This document shows positions 1-6,736 of a DNA stretch of 64,000 bases, one piece after another. This DNA comes from Anaerolineae bacterium (GTDB taxonomy: Bacteria; Chloroflexota; Anaerolineae; Epilineales; JAHCIE01). The notes under the pieces were generated by a model. That model saw only the letters and a program-made list of their open reading frames with translations. It searched no databases and had not been told where the DNA came from. The stretch lies in NCBI GenBank assembly GCA_026129165.1, contig JAHCIP010000001.1, positions 13,766-77,765 on the forward strand, written 5' to 3'. Each line of letters begins with the position of its first letter. Within the stretch, counting starts at the first letter, position 1. The translations under genes and the position numbers were made by a program.

Positions 1-37
1 AATCGAATTTAGGAGAGACTAAATTTGGGAGGCGGAT

Positions 38-1450
38 ATGAAAAGAGTACTCCTTATTCTCGGCGTCATCCTCGTCGCCAGCGCGGGCGTCTTCGCCTAT
101 CAACGCTTGAACACCCCGCCGCCCCCGCCACCTCAGACCGAAGTTGTGACGCAGCCCCGTATCCAGACGGTATCGGTGGAGGCGCGGCTGGCCCCGGCGC
201 GCCAGGCGCGGCTGGCGTTTAACGGCGCGGGGCGTGTCCAGGAGGTGCTGGTCCAGGCCGGCGACACGGTCCAGGCCGGGCAGGTCTTGGTGCGGCTGGA
301 GTCGGCGGCGCTACGGGACGTGGTGCGCCAGGCCGAAGCGGGCGTCCAGGTAGCCCAGGCCCAGCTCCAACGGGCGAAGCTTGGCCCCCGGGCCGAGGAC
401 ATTGCCGTCGCCGAGATGGCCGTGCGCGTGGCCGAGGCGCAGTTGGCGCGGGCGCAGGCCGGGCCGCGAGCGGAGGACATCGGCGTGGCGCAGGCTGGTC
501 TCAACGCGGCGCGGACGGACCTGGCGCGGGCGCGGGTCGGCGCGACAGCCCAGGACCTGGAGACGGCGCGGTTGAGCATCGAGCAGGCCAAGAACCAGTT
601 GTGGAGCGCGCAGGCGCAGCGCGATGCTGTATGCGGGCGCACGGGCGACGCGGAGAAGACACTCCAAAAGCTTGGCATTCCCCAGGCGGAGTGTGACGCG
701 GCGCGGGCGGTCGTGAATTCGAGCGAGCAGGCCGTCCAGATCGCGGAGCAAGCCTACGCGAAACTGGCGGCCGGGCCGAGGGCTGAGGATGTCAACACGG
801 TGGCGGCGCGGGTGGAGCAGGCCCAGGCGCAGGTGCGGGCCGCGCAGGGGGGGCCGCGGCCGGTGGATGTCCAGGTCGCGACGGTCCTGGTCGAGCAGGC
901 CCAGGCGCAGGCGCGGGCCGCGCAGGTCGGGGCGCGGCCGGTGGATGTCCAGGTCGCGACGGTCCTGGTCGAGCAGGCCCAGGCCCAACTGGCCCAGGCC
1001 AAGGCTGGCCCACGAGCGGCGGATGTGGCCGTCGCCGAGGCGGAAGTGGCCCGCGCCGAGGCCGCGCTCCAGGCGGCGCGTACCGCGCTGGCTGAGACCG
1101 AGCTAAAAGCGCCCTTCGCGGGCGTCGTGGCCCAGGTCCTGTTGCAGCCCGGCGAGGCGGCCACGCCGGCCACACCCGCCCTCCAGCTAGGTGACACGCA
1201 CACGCTACGGCTGGAGACGGAAGACCTGGCCGAGACAGACGTGGCGAAAATTGTGGTAGGGCAGACGGCCAGCGTGGCCCTGGATGCCCTGCCCGAGCAG
1301 TCCTTCAAGGCGAAGGTGACACGCATCAGCCCGGTCAGCGCGGAACGGCGCGGCGACACGGTCTACACCGTGTGGCTGGACTTTGACGGCGGTGCGCCGG
1401 AGGGCGCCTTGTGGGGCATGAAGGCGCTGGTTGATATTCAGCTTCACTAG
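38..1450 (+). CDS. HlyD/DevB-family periplasmic adaptor (membrane fusion protein) of a tripartite ABC exporter. N-terminal TM anchor, long coiled-coil hairpin with repeated 'AGPRAEDI' units, C-terminal beta-barrel domain.
   Basis: 470-aa ORF. N-terminal hydrophobic helix (LLILGVILVASAGVFAY). Repeated coiled-coil segments (GPRAEDIAVAEMAVRVAEAQLARAQ...). C-terminal motifs typical of HlyD/MacA adaptors (LKAPFAGVV...V.VGQTASV..DAL). Directly upstream of the FtsX permease and ABC ATPase genes. Confidence 0.8.
   Translation: MKRVLLILGVILVASAGVFAYQRLNTPPPPPPQTEVVTQPRIQTVSVEARLAPARQARLAFNGAGRVQEVLVQAGDTVQAGQVLVRLESAALRDVVRQAEAGVQVAQAQLQRAKLGPRAEDIAVAEMAVRVAEAQLARAQAGPRAEDIGVAQAGLNAARTDLARARVGATAQDLETARLSIEQAKNQLWSAQAQRDAVCGRTGDAEKTLQKLGIPQAECDAARAVVNSSEQAVQIAEQAYAKLAAGPRAEDVNTVAARVEQAQAQVRAAQGGPRPVDVQVATVLVEQAQAQARAAQVGARPVDVQVATVLVEQAQAQLAQAKAGPRAADVAVAEAEVARAEAALQAARTALAETELKAPFAGVVAQVLLQPGEAATPATPALQLGDTHTLRLETEDLAETDVAKIVVGQTASVALDALPEQSFKAKVTRISPVSAERRGDTVYTVWLDFDGGAPEGALWGMKALVDIQLH
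815..970 (+). repeat. Two tandem 78-bp near-identical repeat units (26 aa each) inside the adaptor coiled-coil region
   Basis: Units 815-892 and 893-970 differ at only a few positions. Encoded peptide VEQAQAQVRAAQGGPRPVDVQVATVL / VEQAQAQARAAQVGARPVDVQVATVL. A third partial unit begins at 971. Confidence 0.85.
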
Positions 1451-1472
1451 GGCGACTCGGTAGGGTACTGTC

Positions 1473-3710
1473 ATGATCCTCAAGAACCTGTGGCGGCGCA
1501 AGACGCGCACCCTGCTGACCCTGCTCGGCGTGGCCTTTGGCGTCGCGGCTGTCGTCGCCCTGTCCGCCTTTGGTGAGGGCTTTGCGTCGAGCTTCGAGAA
1601 GATGTTCGCCACGACCTCGGCCGACCTGACGGTGTCCCAGGCCGACGCGATGATGGCCTTCCTCAGCGCGGTGGACGACAGCCTGGGCGACGAGCTACGC
1701 CAGGTCGCCGGTGTCGAGGAGGTGGCGGGCGAAGTGTTTGGTATGGTCCAGATGGACGAGGCCCCCTACTTCATCGTCATGGGCGAGGACCCGCGCAGCT
1801 TCACCATGCAGCGCTATCGCCTCATCAGCGGTCAGCCCATCACCACCCGCAAGCAGATTCTGTTGGGTAAGCTCGCCGCCAAGAACTTCAAGAAAGAGGT
1901 CGGCTCGACGTTCAGGCTCAACGACTCCACCTACCGCGTGGTTGGCATCTACGAGACGGGCGTCAGCCTGGAGGACGGCGGGGCGGTCATGGGGCTGACC
2001 GACGCGCAGCGGGCCTTCGACAAAGAGGGCAAGGTCAGCTACTACAGCCTGAAGGTGAAGGATGTCCGCCGCATCAGCGAGGTCAAGGCGGCCATCGAGA
2101 AGCAGTGGCCGACGCTGGCGGCGGCGCGGTCCGGCGAGCCGTCGCGCCAGACCGAGATGTTCGGGCTGTACCGCTCGTTTGGCCTATTTATCGGCATCTT
2201 CGCCGTACTGGTGGGCGGGCTGGGCATGATGAATACGACGCTGATGAGCGTGTTCGAGCGCACGCGCGAGATTGGCGTGTTGCGAGCCGTAGGCTGGCGG
2301 CGGCGGCGCGTGGTCAACCTGATTCTGGGCGAGTCGCTCGTGCTCTCGCTGCTGGGCGGCCTCCTCGGTATCCTCATTGGCATCGGCTTAACGCTCCTGG
2401 TGCGACTCTCACCGGCCGTCGAGTCGCTGCTCCAGGGCATCCTGACCCCGACCATGCTGGCGCAGGCGCTGGTTATCGCCCTCCTGCTGGGAGCGGTGGG
2501 GGGCCTCTACCCGGCCTGGCGGGCGGCGCAACTCGCGCCCGTGGAGGCCATGCGCTACGAGGGCGGCAGCGGCGACGTGGGCCGCATCACCCGCCAGCTG
2601 ACGCGCTGGATTCCGGGCAGCGCCCTCCGCAACCTGTTGCGCCGCCCTACGCGCACGCTGGTCACGATCGTCGGCATCGGGCTGGGCGTCGGGTTTATCG
2701 TGGCCTTGAGCGCCATGTCCGAGGGCATGATCCAGGAGTTTACGACGCTGGCCGGCGCCGGGCAGATGGACCTGGTGGTGCAGGACGCCAAGGCGTCTGA
2801 TCTGTCCGTCGCCGCCCTGGACGAACGTGTCGCCGACCAGGTGCGTACCCAACCAGGCGTCAAGGGTGTCTCAAAGATGCTCATGAAGACGTCCAGCGCC
2901 CCCGGCTTACCCTACTTCCTGGTGTTTGGCGCGGATCCGCGTGAAGATTACGTCAAGCACTTCCGCATCCACGAGGGGCGCGTCATCGAGAAGTCACGCG
3001 ACATCATGATTGGCCGCTTCGCCGCCACCAGCCTGAAAAAGGGTCTCGGTGAGAGTATCCGCATCAACGGCGTCGGCTATCAGATAGTCGGTATCTACGA
3101 GACGGGCGTCTCCTATGAGGACACCGGCGGCGTCATCACGCTACGCGAGGCGCAGGAACGGTTTGGCATGGGGCGCAAGCTGACGCTGATGGGTGTCCAG
3201 TTGGACGATCCCAGCCAGGCCGAGAGCATGGCCCGGCAGTTGGAAGCGCAATTCCCCAGTATCACCGTCAGCCTGACGTCGGCCATGACACAGCGGACGC
3301 AGGACTTCGCCACGATGGATGCCATCCTGGGGGCGTTGGTGGCGCTGACGATGCTGGTGGGCGGGGTCGTCATGATGAACGCCATGCTGATGAGCGTCTT
3401 TGAGCGGACGCAGGAGATTGGCGTGCTGCGGGCGGTCGGCTGGCGGCGGCGGCGGATCATCGGCATGGTACTAGTCGAGTCGCTTGCTTTGAGCCTGCTG
3501 AGCGCGTTGATGGGGATTGGCATTGGCATGGGACTAAGCGCCCTGTTCACCCTGGTCCCGACGTATGGGACATTCCTCAAGGCGCTCTACTCGCCCAAGG
3601 TCTTCCAGCAGGTCGCCGCCCTGGCGCTCATTCTGGGGACGATTGGCGGCCTCTACCCGGCCTGGCGGGCATCCAGGATGCAGCCGATTGAGGCGCTACG
3701 GTATGAATAG
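1473..3710 (+). CDS. ABC transporter permease, fused tandem MacB/FtsX-like modules (internal duplication)
   Basis: 745-aa ORF. Two homologous halves, each with N-terminal TM, large periplasmic domain and C-terminal FtsX 4-TM bundle (SVFERTREIGVLRAVGWRRRRVVNLILGESL vs SVFERTQEIGVLRAVGWRRRRIIGMVLVESL). Both halves end ...LYPAWRA.QL.P(V/I)EA(M/L)RYE. Confidence 0.85.
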   Translation: MILKNLWRRKTRTLLTLLGVAFGVAAVVALSAFGEGFASSFEKMFATTSADLTVSQADAMMAFLSAVDDSLGDELRQVAGVEEVAGEVFGMVQMDEAPYFIVMGEDPRSFTMQRYRLISGQPITTRKQILLGKLAAKNFKKEVGSTFRLNDSTYRVVGIYETGVSLEDGGAVMGLTDAQRAFDKEGKVSYYSLKVKDVRRISEVKAAIEKQWPTLAAARSGEPSRQTEMFGLYRSFGLFIGIFAVLVGGLGMMNTTLMSVFERTREIGVLRAVGWRRRRVVNLILGESLVLSLLGGLLGILIGIGLTLLVRLSPAVESLLQGILTPTMLAQALVIALLLGAVGGLYPAWRAAQLAPVEAMRYEGGSGDVGRITRQLTRWIPGSALRNLLRRPTRTLVTIVGIGLGVGFIVALSAMSEGMIQEFTTLAGAGQMDLVVQDAKASDLSVAALDERVADQVRTQPGVKGVSKMLMKTSSAPGLPYFLVFGADPREDYVKHFRIHEGRVIEKSRDIMIGRFAATSLKKGLGESIRINGVGYQIVGIYETGVSYEDTGGVITLREAQERFGMGRKLTLMGVQLDDPSQAESMARQLEAQFPSITVSLTSAMTQRTQDFATMDAILGALVALTMLVGGVVMMNAMLMSVFERTQEIGVLRAVGWRRRRIIGMVLVESLALSLLSALMGIGIGMGLSALFTLVPTYGTFLKALYSPKVFQQVAALALILGTIGGLYPAWRASRMQPIEALRYE

Positions 3711-3727
3711 GGGCGGTGGTGGATGAT

Positions 3728-3812
3728 GCGTGATACGTAATGCGTGAAGCGTGAGGCTGAGGGCTGAGGGCTGAAAGCTGATAGCTGATAGCTGACCGCT
3801 AATAGCTCTGAG
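3728..3812 (+). repeat. Degenerate heptanucleotide tandem repeat tract (GGCTGAG / AGCTGAT units) in the 110-bp spacer upstream of the ABC ATPase gene
   Basis: gtgaggctgagggctgagggctgaaagctgatagctgatagctgaccgctaatagctctgagg lies immediately 5' of the RBS (gaggagagagag) and ATG at 3822. Confidence 0.7.
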
Positions 3813-3821
3813 GAGAGAGAG

Positions 3822-4634
3822 ATGACGCAGTATGTGGTCGAGACCCACGACCTGACCAAGATTTATGGCAACGGTCATGAGGTGCGGGCGCTGGATGGCG
3901 TCAACCTGACGGTGGCGGCGGGCGAACTGGTGGCGATTGTTGGGCCGTCGGGGTCTGGCAAGTCCACCCTGCTGAACATGATTGGCGCGTTGGACCGTCC
4001 CACCAGCGGCGAAGTGGTCATTGACGGCACGCCGCTGTCCAAGGTGCGTAACCTGGACCAGTTCCGCAGCCAGACCATCGGCTTCGTGTTCCAGACGCAC
4101 AACCTGATTCCAACACTGACGGGGCAGGAAAATGTCGAAGTGCCCATGTATGAGACCACTTTGAGTGGGTCGAAGCGCCACGGCCGAGCGCAAGAGCTTC
4201 TCAGACTGGTTGGGCTGGGAGAACGCATGCACTACCTGCCCGCGCTTATGTCCGGCGGCGAGCGCCAACGCGTGGCCATCGCCCGCGCCCTCGCCAACCG
4301 CCCCAGCATCATCCTGGCCGACGAGCTAACGGGGATGCTCGACTCGCGCACGACGCAGGACATTCTCGCCCTGCTGACCCAACTCAACGCCCAGCAGGGA
4401 ACCACGATGATCATCGTGACACATAACCATGAAGTGGCGCGGGCGACGCGGCGGGTGATTACCTTCCGCGACGGGAAGGTGCAGAGCGATGTGGCGATTC
4501 GCAGCGCCTACGAGAGCGACCTGCTGGACTGGAAGAGTTCCACGCTCGGTCAGGCGATCCTGCAGGGCGACGGCGTGCCGGAGGGACTAAAGGCTATCGT
4601 CCCCCAGCTAAGGGAGGCGTTTGACAAGGTTTAG
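3822..4634 (+). CDS. ABC transporter ATP-binding protein (MacB/LolD-type ATPase)
   Basis: Walker A GPSGSGKST, Q-loop, ABC signature LSGGERQRVAIARAL, Walker B IILADELTGMLD, H-loop VTHN. 270 aa. Confidence 0.9.
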   Translation: MTQYVVETHDLTKIYGNGHEVRALDGVNLTVAAGELVAIVGPSGSGKSTLLNMIGALDRPTSGEVVIDGTPLSKVRNLDQFRSQTIGFVFQTHNLIPTLTGQENVEVPMYETTLSGSKRHGRAQELLRLVGLGERMHYLPALMSGGERQRVAIARALANRPSIILADELTGMLDSRTTQDILALLTQLNAQQGTTMIIVTHNHEVARATRRVITFRDGKVQSDVAIRSAYESDLLDWKSSTLGQAILQGDGVPEGLKAIVPQLREAFDKV

Positions 4635-4683
4635 CGCCGTAGGGGGTATTAGTTCAAACCAGTAAGAACCATAGCGTTTATAC

Positions 4684-5538
4684 CTAGCGTCTAACAGTGA
4701 ATGCGCCTGATAGAACTAGGTTATTGGGATTCTCAAGATAGAATTCCACCCTATAAACTCCTGTTGGAAAGGGGAGTCCACAGTTAGTATTGGTCTTTGG
4801 GCACCAATTGACCCAATTAAACTCGAAATCGATACAATCGAAGCTGCTTTGCCCACAGATTTTGGGTCCGGTGTCCGAGCTCGAGTTGTCTGGATTTAAA
4901 ACGCCATCCTTATACCACTTTTGGAAAAAAGGCATTCCCCTGTATACATTCTCAACTTCCCATGTATAATAGATTTTGGTTACTACACCTCTAAACTCAC
5001 TCGTAGATATTCTACACTGCCCAGCCTGCAAGTCAAAGTCGCTATCTGCACAGAAAACAAGGTTGTAAAAACGCGGTGTACTTACTCGGGACGGTGGAAC
5101 ATTTGTTAGTGTGGCCAGCGGGATAACCACTACCTTTATCGTTGGCTGTTGGTTAGCTGCTGGCTGAGAGGTAGGGACAGTTATGTTTGTCTCTGCCGAA
5201 GAAGGAGGAGATAGACGACGGAACATTAGCCATCCCATTACGATGATTGTCATTAAGACAACAGAGGAGAGAAGCCCTAGCGCGACTAATTTTGATTGAG
5301 ACGTTCCTTTGATAAGTAGATCTTCTGTTCTAATATCGGGCCGATTTCGTTTAAGCCACGTCACTAACTCGCTGAGTCGTTCGCGACGATACAAATCGAA
5401 GATTAGCTGTCGAACTAATTCGCCTTTGTCTAGTCCTTCATAATCAATGCCTAGATCAGCTGCCGCGTCGCGGAGTTCATCGAAGTTTAGTCTTTGTCTT
5501 AGGACCTCGCGAAGAGCCGATTTGTCCCAGTTTGTCAT
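4684..5538 (-). CDS. Single-pass membrane protein in an AT-rich island: N-terminal cytoplasmic helical domain resembling effector-associated domain EAD1, one TM helix, S/T/P-rich linker, C-terminal six-Cys (presumably extracellular) domain of unknown fold
   Basis: 284-aa ORF. N-terminus LREVLRQRLNFDELRDAAADLGIDYEGLDKGELVRQLIFDLYRRERLSELVTWLKRNRPDI matches my recollection of the EAD1 consensus (F..EL..L...LGIDYE.L.G......LV.Y..R..RL.EL...L...RPD). TM = LVALGLLSSVVLMTIIVMGWLMF. C-terminal domain carries 6 Cys and W/F/Y-rich motifs (FNWVNWCPKTNTNCGLPFP). Local GC is far below flanks. Confidence 0.5.
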   Translation of the reverse strand: MTNWDKSALREVLRQRLNFDELRDAAADLGIDYEGLDKGELVRQLIFDLYRRERLSELVTWLKRNRPDIRTEDLLIKGTSQSKLVALGLLSSVVLMTIIVMGWLMFRRLSPPSSAETNITVPTSQPAANQQPTIKVVVIPLATLTNVPPSRVSTPRFYNLVFCADSDFDLQAGQCRISTSEFRGVVTKIYYTWEVENVYRGMPFFQKWYKDGVLNPDNSSSDTGPKICGQSSFDCIDFEFNWVNWCPKTNTNCGLPFPTGVYRVEFYLENPNNLVLSGAFTVRR

Positions 5539-5650
5539 TGGCGGCGTCTCCTAGACCTCCCGACTCTTTCTGTAACACGATTGTTATAAATCGGCTGTCG
5601 TAAGTCTACTATCCCGGTCAGTATGTGTCAAGATTGTCTTACACTGCTGG

Positions 5651-5672
5651 CTGAAAAGACCCCCGTGGGGGT
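5651..5672 (-). terminator. Putative intrinsic terminator for the minus-strand trkA-containing operon
   Basis: Minus-strand reading: ACCCCCACGGGGGT hairpin followed by CTTTTCAG, 10 bp after the stop of the TrkA-N gene. Confidence 0.4.
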
Positions 5673-5681
5673 AGACGTTTC

Positions 5682-6083
5682 TTACATTCCCTCTATGATA
5701 AGTTTCGCCATCACCTCGGCCTGGTTGACCGCGACATCGCAGCCCATCTCCGGCGTGAACAGCCAGGCATTTTTGGGGTTATTGACGCGGGCGATGACAC
5801 GGTGGACGTTGAACTCCTGCCGCGCCAGGCTCGTCACCACCAGGTTCGTCTCGTCCGCGCCCGTGACCGCCGCGACCAGGTCGGTCCGGCGGATACCCGC
5901 CGCCTCCAGCACATCGGGGTCGGTCCCATTGCCCATCACCACGACAGCCGCCGGCAGGTCATGGCGCAGCACGGCCGCGTGGTCGCTGCGGCTCTCGATG
6001 ACTGTAATCGGGTGGCCCTCGCTCATGAGAAGGCGCGCTAACCCCTCGCCCAGCTTTCCCCCGCCCACAATGATAACGCGCAT
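5682..6083 (-). CDS. TrkA-N (KTN/RCK NAD-binding) domain protein
   Basis: 133 aa. MRVIIVGGGKLGEGLARLL Rossmann GxGxxG motif typical of TrkA-N/RCK. Confidence 0.8.
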   Translation of the reverse strand: MRVIIVGGGKLGEGLARLLMSEGHPITVIESRSDHAAVLRHDLPAAVVVMGNGTDPDVLEAAGIRRTDLVAAVTGADETNLVVTSLARQEFNVHRVIARVNNPKNAWLFTPEMGCDVAVNQAEVMAKLIIEGM

Positions 6084-6091
6084 AGGGCCTC

Positions 6092-6736
6092 CTAACCCAG
6101 CAGCTTGACCAGCCGGTTGCTAGCCGTGTTGGTGACGGCCAGATGGATCAGGTCATCGGCCTCAAAGACAGCGCCGAGGCTGGGCAGAAAGGTATGACCC
6201 CGACGGGTGATGGCGACAACATGAACCTCGCCCGGCAGGGTCAGATCGGCCACCGTGCGGCCCACCAGCGTCGGCGGCGTCTCAGTCTCGACCAGGTCCA
6301 CCTCACCGCTCCCCAGGCTGGCGACCGCGTCCAGGTGCGAGAAGCACAGTAGCTCCGCCATGCGCTGGATGCCCCAGACAGTGGTGGAAACGGTGGGCAG
6401 GCCCAGGCGGCGGTAAATGTCGGCCTTGTGCGGGTCGTAGACGCGGGCCACGACGCGGGGGACGTGAAATATCTGGCGGGCAACTCGCGCCGTGACCACG
6501 TTGACGTCGTCGCTGGCCGTGACAGCCGCCAGCCCGTCGGCGCGGCGGACCCCCGCCGCCTCCAGCGCCTCGCCGTCGAAGCCGATGCCCACGACGGTGC
6601 GCCCCTTGAACGCACTGCCCAGGCGGCTAAAGGCGTCTGGGTCCTTATCCACCACAGTGACCTCGTGGCCGGTCTCTACCAGGCGGCGGGCCAACCCACC
6701 CCCCATGCGGCCACAGCCTACGATGATGAGTCGCAT
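6092..6736 (-). CDS. trkA: TrkA-family potassium-uptake regulatory protein (RCK N + C domains)
   Basis: 214 aa. MRLIIVGCGRMGGGLARRL GxGxxG motif. C-terminal TrkA-C-like segment (VGRTVADLTLPGEVHVVAITRRG). 19-bp overlap with the upstream P-type ATPase stop. Confidence 0.8.
   Translation of the reverse strand: MRLIIVGCGRMGGGLARRLVETGHEVTVVDKDPDAFSRLGSAFKGRTVVGIGFDGEALEAAGVRRADGLAAVTASDDVNVVTARVARQIFHVPRVVARVYDPHKADIYRRLGLPTVSTTVWGIQRMAELLCFSHLDAVASLGSGEVDLVETETPPTLVGRTVADLTLPGEVHVVAITRRGHTFLPSLGAVFEADDLIHLAVTNTASNRLVKLLG

Noticed and set aside
133-1359. Long antisense and alternate-frame ORFs inside the adaptor gene (133-678, 311-988, 754-1359, 792-1175) and similar ones throughout (e.g. 2105-2800, 7094-7834, 12481-13284, 18147-19304, 34783-36045, 59758-60774)
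   Set aside because: Typical GC-rich stop-codon-poor shadow ORFs: Arg/Pro/Ala-rich low-complexity translations, no motifs, fully overlapped by genes with clear domain signatures.
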